DNA from: Candidatus Poseidoniales archaeon
Lineage (GTDB): Archaea > Thermoplasmatota > Poseidoniia > Poseidoniales > Poseidoniaceae
Assembly: GCA_038105035.1 (NCBI GenBank)
Contig: JAYOBT010000006.1
Span: forward strand, 4,704-68,703
Direction: 5' to 3'
DNA: 64,000 nt
Shown: positions 1-8,146 of the stretch, one piece after another
How positions within the stretch are numbered: position 1 is the stretch's first letter
Layout of the letters: each line of letters starts with the position of its first letter
Notes under the pieces: model-generated
Told to the model about the DNA's origin: nothing
The model's database searches: none
What the model saw: the letters and a program-made list of their open reading frames with translations, nothing else
Translations under genes and position numbers: made by a program

Positions 1-83
1 AGATACCCGACTTGCGTCATGAGTATCATCAGTGTTACCAACAACAAGGATTTCTTCGTGTTTGCATAGCGTCCGCTGGCCAT
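1..83 (-). CDS. partial CDS (N-terminus only) running off the left edge; probable membrane or secreted protein
   Basis: Reverse-strand ATG at 83-81 followed by MASGRYANTKKSLLLVTLMILMTQVGY, open to the window edge. Basic N-terminus then a hydrophobic stretch. Not in the ORF track because no stop lies in the window. Sits 81 nt downstream of the SPFH gene on the same strand. Confidence 0.3.
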   Translation of the reverse strand, partial: MASGRYANTKKSLLLVTLMILMTQVGY

Positions 84-163
84 GCATTGAAGATTAACTC
101 ATCTATGTTATTGATTTATCCTATAGGAATAGGGTCGAAATGGAGTTTGAACGGGGGTGAATT

Positions 164-1198
164 TTATCCCGATGAATCTATTGTTTGTTGACGGCGCATT
201 CGTTTCTTCTCTTGGACCGATTCAAACATGGCCATGGCCATGCCCAAATCGTGTTGCTGCTTGCGTTCGCGTAGATCCAATTCCTTGCTTCGTAGGATGT
301 CAAGAACTTCGGCTTTGGACATGGCCTTGTTACGAGCAAGTTCAGCTTCATGGGCTTGGCTGCGATGCTTGTTGGCCCACTCTGCTTCTGCAATGGAGCC
401 TTCCGCCTTGATTTGAGCGATACGTGGTTCGGCCTTGGCTCGTTCAGTGGCTGCTTTTCCAGCCATTTGTGAACGAGCCGTATAATCGGCTCGACGTTGT
501 TGCGTAGCGAGTTGTGCATCGAAATGAATCTGTTCTCGTTCGGCTTGAATGGATGCATGTTCGGCCATGTTGTTGACATGTTCACGTTCAGCTTCAAGTC
601 GAACCTTGTCCGATTGTTTCCAGGTGATGAAGGTATGATCGATGCTCATACCAAACGATTCCACCGTACGTCGAAGGGCGAGGGATAGACCGATGTTGGC
701 ATCTTCGTTGGCTGCCTCTTGAACGAGATCATCGTTGGAATACTTCTGAATGGTTCGAGCCATGTAGGCTTGGGCTTCTGCAAGGAGCATGTTCTCAAGG
801 TCTTGAACACGAATCTCCATCATCCCATTGGCTGGAAGTTGGATGATACGTGCGATCTGTTCGCGTGTTGCAAAAAGACGTACGGTGGCTTGACCGCGAA
901 GTGTTTGATGATCGCTCGATTTGGATGCAAACGGGAGATTGACCGTGTACGGTCCAAGGAAGGCGAACAGGTAGGAACGTCGTCGCTTTCCTCCAAACAT
1001 GCGTCGTAGCATCGAGGTGGTTGGATTGGCTCGCATCACTTGTTGGGTCACAATTCCAGCGATGCGTCCGTTTTCGAGGACGACGCACACTTCGTTGGGA
1101 CGAAGTAAGATCGGTGTGTTTCTTGGTAGTTCTTTATCATGGACAAATCGAGCGATTTGGTCCGGGTCGGTTCTCCATCGGTATGTGTTTCGTGTCAT
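164..1198 (-). CDS. SPFH/band-7 (stomatin/flotillin-like) domain protein with a long A/E/R/Q-rich coiled-coil C-terminus
   Basis: 344-aa ORF with an ATG start. The N-terminal ~200 aa have the SPFH-like layout (ILLRPNEVCVVLENGRIAGIV..., ...ATVRLFATREQIARIIQ..., ...LAEAQAYMARTIQKY...). This is followed by a flotillin-like heptad-rich tail (EAEREHVNNMAEHASIQAEREQ...). No TM segment seen. Confidence 0.6.
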   Translation of the reverse strand: MTRNTYRWRTDPDQIARFVHDKELPRNTPILLRPNEVCVVLENGRIAGIVTQQVMRANPTTSMLRRMFGGKRRRSYLFAFLGPYTVNLPFASKSSDHQTLRGQATVRLFATREQIARIIQLPANGMMEIRVQDLENMLLAEAQAYMARTIQKYSNDDLVQEAANEDANIGLSLALRRTVESFGMSIDHTFITWKQSDKVRLEAEREHVNNMAEHASIQAEREQIHFDAQLATQQRRADYTARSQMAGKAATERAKAEPRIAQIKAEGSIAEAEWANKHRSQAHEAELARNKAMSKAEVLDILRSKELDLRERKQQHDLGMAMAMFESVQEKKRMRRQQTIDSSG

Positions 1199-1207
1199 TG
1201 TTTCACC

Positions 1208-1720
1208 TCAGTTTCGTAGATCGTCAAGCAGACGATTGCGTTCAGCAAAGTGACGGCGTGCTTTGTCAAGCACACCATCGATGATGTCAAGGTCGATGTT
1301 TCTGGTTTCAACATAGGCAGCCATGGTAGCGTTCAGATGCTGAGAAGCGTGTTCGAGCATGGCGATGGTTTCTCGATCATGTTCGATGAGCTTCTTGTGG
1401 ATTTTTCGCGTCATTCGACGTATGCCGTCGTGTTTTGGTCGGTTTTCACCAGCGATAGCAAACTGGGCATCTTCTGCGAAGGCTTTCAAATTATGCAGAA
1501 TGAATTGAATTCTATTCATTCCGTATTTCTCACCGTTTGCGTAGGCTCGCACCATCCATCGCTCAACTTGTCGATGCACTTGGTGAATACGTCGTCGAAC
1601 GTCTTCTCGTACTGCACGATCGGTTCGACGTACGCGTGTTTGCTCATATCCTTCATAGGCAGAAATTAACACCTTCATTCCGTTAACTGCTGCAGGAATG
1701 GCGAGAGATGCTGGTTCCAT
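1208..1720 (-). CDS. hypothetical all-helical basic protein (170 aa), probably co-transcribed with the SPFH gene
   Basis: Clean ORF with an ATG start, ending 9 nt upstream of the SPFH start. Charged, helix-favouring composition with no motif I recognise. Confidence 0.55.
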   Translation of the reverse strand: MEPASLAIPAAVNGMKVLISAYEGYEQTRVRRTDRAVREDVRRRIHQVHRQVERWMVRAYANGEKYGMNRIQFILHNLKAFAEDAQFAIAGENRPKHDGIRRMTRKIHKKLIEHDRETIAMLEHASQHLNATMAAYVETRNIDLDIIDGVLDKARRHFAERNRLLDDLRN

Positions 1721-1761
1721 ATAGGAGAATATCTCTCTGGTCCGTCTTAATGCTATTGGGA

Positions 1762-2214
1762 CTATTTCTTGAAACCGCGCTTCTTGAAACCACTTCTCTG
1801 ACTACCTTGTGTGCGTTGTCCTGCCTTGCGTTGTGAACGTGCTCGTCGGTCTCCTGTTCGAGGTCCTGCGGCTTGTTGTTCCTTTTCTGCAGCCTTGCGA
1901 TCTTTCTGCATTTGACGCCATTGGCCGCCAATGAGTTGGAGAACTTCTTCCTTGGAATTGGCACCAATGGATTGCTTGGCGCCTGAACTGCTAACCCACA
2001 GTCGACCTTCTTTGCCGTACGGTCGCTGTGGATGTGATGTGCCTTCCTCACGCTTGATTTTCTTGAGGCCGACTTTACGAGCTGCAAGATACAAGCCCTC
2101 GAGGTCGGGCTTGAGAACGGATGAGTCGCGGGGGACGCGACGTCCACCACGTCGAGACGTCTTTGCATCGAAGTAACCAGGCCAAACGCAGATACGGTCT
2201 GGATTGTGTTCCAT
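1762..2214 (-). CDS. srp19: signal recognition particle protein SRP19
   Basis: N-terminus ICVWPGYFDAKTSRRGGRRVPRD matches the SRP19 signature (IWPaYfD...SR.eGRRvp). Basic C-terminal tail. Sits next to S8e, as is common in archaea. Confidence 0.85.
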   Translation of the reverse strand: MEHNPDRICVWPGYFDAKTSRRGGRRVPRDSSVLKPDLEGLYLAARKVGLKKIKREEGTSHPQRPYGKEGRLWVSSSGAKQSIGANSKEEVLQLIGGQWRQMQKDRKAAEKEQQAAGPRTGDRRARSQRKAGQRTQGSQRSGFKKRGFKK

Positions 2215-2271
2215 CGTCTCGCCTCAGATTTGCCTCAAGGTCGAGAGGTATCAACCCAACGATGGTGATGT

Positions 2272-2652
2272 TCACTCAAGGAGAACGCCGTTGATGACGC
2301 CGTCCTTGCCAGGTCGGGACGTGATCTTGACGTTGCCTTCACTGGTTTCGATAACTGCACCCTTGACGAGGATGTTTCGTCGGACGTAGTTCGGATCGGA
2401 TTCGTTCTGAATCACGTTGATGATGTCAGCATTGACGGTCTTACCGGTCTTTGGATTGTTGACCGAGACCTTGTTGGCAGCCATAACACGAACCATGGTG
2501 TTGCCGCCAGCCTTGCGGTAGATCTTGCGTCGAGCCTCACCGACGAGAGCGAATTGCTTCTCGGTTGAGATTTCAGTCGAGCGCTTACCTCGTGCTTGTA
2601 CACGTCGTCCGCCGCTTGCTTTTTTCTTGGAAATTCCATGCCATTGTGCCAT
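2272..2652 (-). CDS. rps8e: 30S ribosomal protein S8e
   Basis: MAQWHGISKKKASGGRRVQARGKR... is the typical eS8 N-terminus. The ATG at 2652 is preferred over the upstream GTG at 2676 given in the ORF track. Confidence 0.9.
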   Translation of the reverse strand: MAQWHGISKKKASGGRRVQARGKRSTEISTEKQFALVGEARRKIYRKAGGNTMVRVMAANKVSVNNPKTGKTVNADIINVIQNESDPNYVRRNILVKGAVIETSEGNVKITSRPGKDGVINGVLLE

Positions 2653-2706
2653 GTGTCTCTCTCCTTGCATCGCCACCGACTTGCAGGGCGTATATCAAGG
2701 CAACCC

Positions 2707-3360
2707 CTAGGAGCAACGACCCGAATAGGTGGAAAGAAGTTCACCATCGTGGGCGATCAGACGTGCTTCAATCACATCACCAGGCTTCAATTGGGCAACC
2801 CCTTGAGGCGTTCCCGTGTAGAGCAAATCGCCGTTGGAAACGGGTGCCCACGCCATCAACGATGCAACTTGTTCAGCAGGCGTGATGCTCATCTCTGAGA
2901 GCGATGCTTGCTGCCAGCGTTCACCGTTGACATCGCATTCGATGCGAAGTGCCGTGGCTTCGTTGGTCAGCGCTTCGAGTCCGTGCCGCCACGGATAGAA
3001 GGTGCCGAGAACAGCCGCTTGTCGGAACGTCTTGCCTTTGGCCCATGGTAAGCCATCGGCTCGTAGAAGCGATTGTGCTGCTCGGTCGGTCAGATCGAGG
3101 CCAATGGCGACCGCATCAATGTCGCCGTGTTGCGTCAATCGGACAACGCATTCGGTTTCGAGGTGGACTTCTCCTGGATGTTTGGAGACGTGAAGGACAT
3201 CCGATTCGGTCTTGCAACCGTCCGGTTTAACGAAGAAAATGGGTTCGGGCGGTTGCTCGTTTCCAAGTTCCTTGGCATGGGCTGCAAAGGTTCGAATGGT
3301 GCACCATACGGCCATGAATTGCCCATTGGACGCCAGTTCTTGAACCGAAGGGTGAAACAT
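2707..3360 (-). CDS. fumarylacetoacetate hydrolase (FAH) family protein
   Basis: 217 aa. Contains IFFVKP..., ...HLETECVV..., and the C-terminal GDLLYTGTPQGVAQLKPGDVIEARL typical of the FAH fold (GD.i.TGTP.GV..l.pGD). Confidence 0.8.
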   Translation of the reverse strand: MFHPSVQELASNGQFMAVWCTIRTFAAHAKELGNEQPPEPIFFVKPDGCKTESDVLHVSKHPGEVHLETECVVRLTQHGDIDAVAIGLDLTDRAAQSLLRADGLPWAKGKTFRQAAVLGTFYPWRHGLEALTNEATALRIECDVNGERWQQASLSEMSITPAEQVASLMAWAPVSNGDLLYTGTPQGVAQLKPGDVIEARLIAHDGELLSTYSGRCS

Positions 3361-3380
3361 GGTCGACGTTTGGACGAGGT

Positions 3381-3890
3381 ATGGCGAAAGAATTCCAAGT
3401 CAAGAAACGGCGACCTGTGCGACGAAAGCACATCGCTCCATTGTTGAAGGAACTCGAAGAGGGGCTGAACATTGACCTAGCTGTGGATGGTGCATTTTTG
3501 GAAATGGCCAACTATGGACCGTGGCAACTGGTGTTTGTTGACAAAGTGGCCAAGACGATTGAAGTCAACGATGATGATGGTCGCCGTTGGGCGTTTTTGA
3601 CGCTTCGTGGCTTCTTGGAACATCCTGATTCGAAGCGCTGGGTTGCCGTCGATCACGGTGCGATTCCATTCCTGATGAACGGTGCTGACTGCATGGTCGC
3701 TGGTGTTCACGGTGCAGATGAGGACATCGAAGTGGGTGATCTTGTGTGGATTCGCGACAAGGAACACGGTCGACCGCTCGCACTTGGATGGGCCACCATG
3801 GCTGGAAGCGAGATGGTGGAAGCGTCCAAAGGCAAGGGCATCAAAACCATCCATTGGGTTGGCGATGAATTGTGGGACATGGAAGCATAA
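3381..3890 (+). CDS. PUA-domain RNA-binding protein (archaeal Tma20/MCT-1-like)
   Basis: 169 aa. The C-terminal half (VDHGAIPFLMNGADCMVAGV...GDLVWIRDKEHGRPLALGWATM) matches the PUA-domain pattern. Conserved neighbourhood with translation genes. Confidence 0.75.
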   Translation: MAKEFQVKKRRPVRRKHIAPLLKELEEGLNIDLAVDGAFLEMANYGPWQLVFVDKVAKTIEVNDDDGRRWAFLTLRGFLEHPDSKRWVAVDHGAIPFLMNGADCMVAGVHGADEDIEVGDLVWIRDKEHGRPLALGWATMAGSEMVEASKGKGIKTIHWVGDELWDMEA

Positions 3891-3922
3891 CTCAAATAGA
3901 TGAGTTGAACCTAATTTTATCC

Positions 3923-4480
3923 ATGCGAACCGTCATTGCCCTGACACTCATCGCTCTTCTCGCTGTTTCAACCACATCCTATGCTGCGAAAACAGCCGGC
4001 CAAGACAACGGTCCTGAAGCAGAAGACACACCGTTTGAATCCTATACTGCGACCTCACCATCCGTTAGTGGTGAAACGTGGACACTCGTTGTGGTCATGG
4101 ATGAAGCCCACATGAGCAACAACACAACCTTCGAGATCTCTTCGCAGATCTGTCTCAACGATGGTGTCTGTGACCCGCCAGTGGTTCAAGAGTTGACCAT
4201 TGATGGTGCAACACACACCACGTCCTTGACACCTCCAACCGACCACTCCTACGTCAACTGGCGAGTCAAGGCCATGTACGAAGACGATACCAAGGATTAC
4301 TTCCCATATGGCTCATGGTACACCATTTGGTCGAGTTGCTACTACGATGATGGCAGCTACTACGGCCCAGATGCTGAAGGCGATGGATGTGGTGAAGAGA
4401 GCGAAGATTCACCAGGCTTCACACTAATTCCTGTCCTCGCAGCCGTTGGCTTGGCCATCGCCGTTGCACGACGTGATTAA
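3923..4480 (+). CDS. secreted acidic protein with a PGF-CTERM-type archaeal sorting signal
   Basis: The ATG at 3923 gives a signal peptide, MRTVIALTLIALLAVSTTSYAAK. The C-terminus EESEDSPGFTLIPVLAAVGLAIAVARRD is a PGF motif, then a TM helix, then a basic tip. Confidence 0.7.
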   Translation: MRTVIALTLIALLAVSTTSYAAKTAGQDNGPEAEDTPFESYTATSPSVSGETWTLVVVMDEAHMSNNTTFEISSQICLNDGVCDPPVVQELTIDGATHTTSLTPPTDHSYVNWRVKAMYEDDTKDYFPYGSWYTIWSSCYYDDGSYYGPDAEGDGCGEESEDSPGFTLIPVLAAVGLAIAVARRD

Positions 4481-4878
4481 GCACAGTGTTCGACAAGTCG
4501 TTCGAGGAAACGACGGTGCTCACCGCCCCACATCTGAAGGATGACGGACAGTTTTGATTTGTCTGCATGAAGCATACCTTGGAAGAAACCAACACGGTCC
4601 AAATCGCTGTGGACCAATGGAAGATGCTCGTGCTCAATTTCGATGAGAAGGCCATCTTCGTGTTTGGAGATGTGGATTGAAGGATGTGTGATGGTATCCT
4701 CAACCACTTCAAACTCGACTCTCCTCGAGGAAAGGAATGCTTCAACGCCAGAAAACAGGGCTTCGACATCGATGCCCATTCCGTCCATGTCAGCACCATA
4801 GGAAGCAAGGAACGGTAGGTCCGTTTCGTTCTGTTCCATCAGATGATCCAGCCCACGAGCCATCTCATCTTCGTCCAT
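4477..4878 (-). CDS. hypothetical acidic cytoplasmic protein (133 aa)
   Basis: Start moved to the ATG at 4878 (MDEDEMARG...). The ORF-track start at 5010 would overlap the upstream 720-aa gene by 128 nt. This start leaves a 4-nt gap after that gene's stop. Confidence 0.5.
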   Translation of the reverse strand: MDEDEMARGLDHLMEQNETDLPFLASYGADMDGMGIDVEALFSGVEAFLSSRRVEFEVVEDTITHPSIHISKHEDGLLIEIEHEHLPLVHSDLDRVGFFQGMLHADKSKLSVILQMWGGEHRRFLERLVEHCA

Positions 4879-4882
4879 GGAA

Positions 4883-7045
4883 TCACGCAACCTGAGAGAG
4901 TTTGGTCCAACCGACCACGCGTCCATCGGTTGCATCGACGGCCACAGCAAACGTATGCGTGTAGATGCCTTCGTCCCATGTTCGTGAGAGGTCGAGCGTC
5001 GTTGCTCCAACGGTCGTACTGGTCAATTGGCCGAGCAAGTCGTTGGCGCCATCACCAGGGACGGCAACAAGGAAGCCGACGCGTGCATCGGCATGATAGG
5101 CACCACTCGTATCGAAGATGGCCTCAGAACCTGTCAATTGCGGGTATCGCTGCGTATCCGACAAGCGTTCTTCCAAGGCCGAGATGTTGGCCACGGGTGG
5201 GATCGATTCGCGATTGTGTGAAGCCAGTTCTTCGAACGAACCTTTGTCAAGATAGGTACAGTTGTCGCTTGTAGGCTCTCCAGTCAATTCGAACAAGACC
5301 CATCCGGATGTGTCGTCACGGTACACCCAAGACACGTTCCATTGTGTGGAAGCACCCGTTCGTTGATCGAGTCCACGCCAAATGTAGCCTCCATCGTCGA
5401 GTGCGGCTTTAGCGCCACTGGCTGAACCGCCGATGTAATCGAAACATTGCATGGCCTTCTCAAGCGTGTGTTCACGCATGCTGGAAGCATCGGGCGGATG
5501 GAGCTTGTCTTGACCACCCCAGTCTTCCTGAACGTCTTCGTCAAGAGCGAGAAGGTTGGCTCGTGGACGAATGTTGTAGTCCTTACCAAGATCGAGAACC
5601 TTTGACCCACGTGTCAGTTTGGTCGTCTTGAACGAATGATGCAGTTCCAATTCACCTTCTGGAAGTAGATAATCACCGAAGGCTTCCGAGAACGGAGAAC
5701 ACGAGGACTGCAAGGAACCATCGTTGGAAATAATCACATCTACGGTTTGTTGACTGGCCCATGGATTGTCTTCCTCTGCCCAAATCTCCATGGTGGCTGA
5801 ACCGAGACAGAGGCGTTCAATATCGACGTGGGTGGCAGCAATTTTCCACGCTTTGTCATCACCAAGTGTGTCTTGACCAACAACCCGCCATCGCCAACCC
5901 AATCGCTCACCGGATGCACCTTCTTCGATGACATCCGTTGCGAACAGGTCTTGCAATTCAATCGGTTGAAGCATCAAGGAAACGCCAGGAAGAATCACAT
6001 CGAGTGAACCCAACAAGCCACCAACATCGAACGTCTTGGCTGAGCCTTCGTAAGGCTTGTTGTCGATGGTTGCCGAGAAGTCGAATGCAGTTGACAGGGT
6101 CACTTGCTCCTTCAATTCGACGTGTCGCTTCGTGGTCAGGACTGCTTCACCTGGAACGTACGCACCGTCTTCTGCTTCAGGACAGCTGCCCTGATTGATG
6201 ACCGAGTAGGTGTTTCGACCAATGTCGAAATCGTCGAATTCGTAGGTGTTGGCAATCTCAACGGCCAACCAATCGTTGCTGCCGTACGGGCCTTGCGAGC
6301 GTACCGCTCCTAGGAGACTTTGTGAGGACACACCAACCAAGTCCTGGCTTGTTCCTTGACTGACCGATAAGGTTCCACGTCCTTGGTAATCCATGAAGAT
6401 GCGACAGTAGTCATCATCCGGTTCAAGGAAATTGAACACGAGGTCAAGGAATCCTTCGCTCGCCATGATGGCTGGACGGTCGCCAAGACCACCGGAAATG
6501 GTGTACTCCATTGTATCACCATACCGAAGCGGTTCGGCCGTAAACGGTTCCAATGAGGAATTGATGTACCACCATCCTGCTGCTCCAAGGAACAGTGAAA
6601 CGATGACGACAGCGATGACTTTTGGATCTTTGATCATGTCACCAAGGGTCGCAACATCCTGTCGCTTTGTCGCAACAGGCGTGAACACTTCCTCAGGTTC
6701 CTCATCGACGACATCAGCGACCAAAACCGCTTCGAGAACATCGTCTTCCTTCTCTTCAATGACGGCTTCTTTGACCGGTTCAGGTTCGTCATCTTCCATC
6801 GAAATGGTGGTCTCATCTTCGAGTGAGAGAATGATTTCTTCCTCCACCGCCTCCTCAGCAGTTTCAGCCTCAGACAAACCGACATCCGTGCGCGACAATC
6901 CTGCCTCAAGAAGACGGTCGACCAACTCGGCTTTCTTGCCGGATGTTGGAAGGTCGTTGATGACACACAGGGCCTTGAGTTTGGCCACTGTCAGCGATGA
7001 TGCTTCATCTGCCATCTGTTCACCTCGATTGATTCGATGGCTCAT
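4883..7045 (-). CDS. membrane protein: N-terminal cytoplasmic SAP (HeH) domain, acidic linker, one TM, ~550-aa extracytoplasmic domain
   Basis: LTVAKLKALCVINDLPTSGKKAELVDRLLEAGL fits the SAP consensus (L.kLkv.eLr..L..rgL...G.KaeLi.RL). The E/D-rich linker follows, then the TM helix VIAVVIVSLFLGAAGWWYI. An alternative start is MADEAS at 7015. Confidence 0.65.
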   Translation of the reverse strand: MSHRINRGEQMADEASSLTVAKLKALCVINDLPTSGKKAELVDRLLEAGLSRTDVGLSEAETAEEAVEEEIILSLEDETTISMEDDEPEPVKEAVIEEKEDDVLEAVLVADVVDEEPEEVFTPVATKRQDVATLGDMIKDPKVIAVVIVSLFLGAAGWWYINSSLEPFTAEPLRYGDTMEYTISGGLGDRPAIMASEGFLDLVFNFLEPDDDYCRIFMDYQGRGTLSVSQGTSQDLVGVSSQSLLGAVRSQGPYGSNDWLAVEIANTYEFDDFDIGRNTYSVINQGSCPEAEDGAYVPGEAVLTTKRHVELKEQVTLSTAFDFSATIDNKPYEGSAKTFDVGGLLGSLDVILPGVSLMLQPIELQDLFATDVIEEGASGERLGWRWRVVGQDTLGDDKAWKIAATHVDIERLCLGSATMEIWAEEDNPWASQQTVDVIISNDGSLQSSCSPFSEAFGDYLLPEGELELHHSFKTTKLTRGSKVLDLGKDYNIRPRANLLALDEDVQEDWGGQDKLHPPDASSMREHTLEKAMQCFDYIGGSASGAKAALDDGGYIWRGLDQRTGASTQWNVSWVYRDDTSGWVLFELTGEPTSDNCTYLDKGSFEELASHNRESIPPVANISALEERLSDTQRYPQLTGSEAIFDTSGAYHADARVGFLVAVPGDGANDLLGQLTSTTVGATTLDLSRTWDEGIYTHTFAVAVDATDGRVVGWTKLSQVA

Positions 7046-7098
7046 CCCCTATCAAGGATGGTGGTCAATGCGTCAACATTGACCTTCTTTTGTTCTGT

Positions 7099-8091
7099 TC
7101 AGGCTTGATACGGAACGTAGGAACCGTCCTCGGCTTGGACGTACACGGTTTGATCGTAGGTTCCATCCGGCATCTTGCGGAAGAAGTAGCCGTTTTCGGC
7201 TGGCTCAAACACTGGTTCTGTTGCTGCAACTTCAGCCGCTGGCTCTGGTTCTGCCGCCTGAGGTGGGCCACTCGGGCCTACTGCTGCGGGTGGTGGCCCA
7301 CTTGGTCCAGCCGCTGCGGGTGGGGGTCCACTAGGCCCTGCAGCCGTCTCGAGGACTTCTTCTTCGGTCGTCTTCTTGCTTGGCTCGGTCAAGGCTTTGA
7401 CACCTTCACCGTGGCGCTGTGCGCCAATGAATGCAAATCCTGAGAGGCCGAGGAAGAGCAATGCAAAGATGCCTGCCCAGATTTGATTGGGCCACATGCT
7501 TCCGTCGATCTCCATCGCACCAGAGAGTGTGTTTCCTCGGTCGTTGTTGTCAACGTACTCAGCAAACAGACACTGTCCACCACCATCAACATCGAATTCA
7601 AACACGAACACTTCGTCAACGATTGGCGCTTTGTCGCTGATTTGGAATTGATAATCATGCGTTGGATTCGATCGAGAATCACGCTTGATATCGAGAATAT
7701 CGCTCGAGAGACAATTGTCTGAATTCAACATGTAGACGGCGATTCGGGCGTTGGGATTGGCCGGCGGATTTGTCGCAGTAATCTCGACTTCAATCGGTAC
7801 ATCGGTGAAGTCTTCACCGTCGATGGGGGGTCCCCAGACGAATCCGAGATCCTGTTCGTATGTGTCACCCAAAGCAGCGGCAGTGAACGGGAATGGGAAC
7901 AACGCAAATCCGAACATTAAGGCGGCCAAACCAAGGTAAAGGAAGACGTTCCAACGGGAACGCTTGAGGGCTTCTTGACGCTCTTCAAGCGTCATTTCTT
8001 TCATCGCTTCTTCATGATGGTCATCAAGAGGAGGTACGGATTCTGTGGTTTCTTCCTCCGCTGGCTCGGCGGGTTGTTCCTCATCGGACAT
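7099..8091 (-). CDS. two-TM membrane protein with an acidic N-terminus and a C-terminal GPSGPP tandem repeat
   Basis: Start set at the ATG at 8091 (MSDEEQPAEP...). The ORF-track start at 8355 would run antisense through rimK. TM helices are WNVFLYLGLAALMFGFALFPF and IWAGIFALLFLGLSGFAFIGA. The tail reads AAGPSGPPPAAAGPSGPPPAAVGPSGPPQAA. Confidence 0.6.
   Translation of the reverse strand: MSDEEQPAEPAEEETTESVPPLDDHHEEAMKEMTLEERQEALKRSRWNVFLYLGLAALMFGFALFPFPFTAAALGDTYEQDLGFVWGPPIDGEDFTDVPIEVEITATNPPANPNARIAVYMLNSDNCLSSDILDIKRDSRSNPTHDYQFQISDKAPIVDEVFVFEFDVDGGGQCLFAEYVDNNDRGNTLSGAMEIDGSMWPNQIWAGIFALLFLGLSGFAFIGAQRHGEGVKALTEPSKKTTEEEVLETAAGPSGPPPAAAGPSGPPPAAVGPSGPPQAAEPEPAAEVAATEPVFEPAENGYFFRKMPDGTYDQTVYVQAEDGSYVPYQA
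7262..7345 (-). repeat. three tandem 27-30 nt coding repeats (encode A-A-G-P-S-G-P-P units)
   Basis: The + strand reads ggtgggccactcgggcctactgctgcg / ggtggtggcccacttggtccagccgctgcg / ggtgggggtccactaggccctgcagcc. Confidence 0.8.
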
Positions 8092-8146
8092 GTAGAAGGT
8101 CCAAAACGGCCGAGCATTTGAAATCCTCTCTGTTTTTCTTCTGACC

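Noticed and set aside
6432-7082. 216-aa Ser-rich plus-strand ORF
   Set aside because: It is antisense to the acidic linker and SAP region of the 720-aa gene. The poly-Ser/Thr composition mirrors the GAA/GAC-rich sense strand. There is no independent support.
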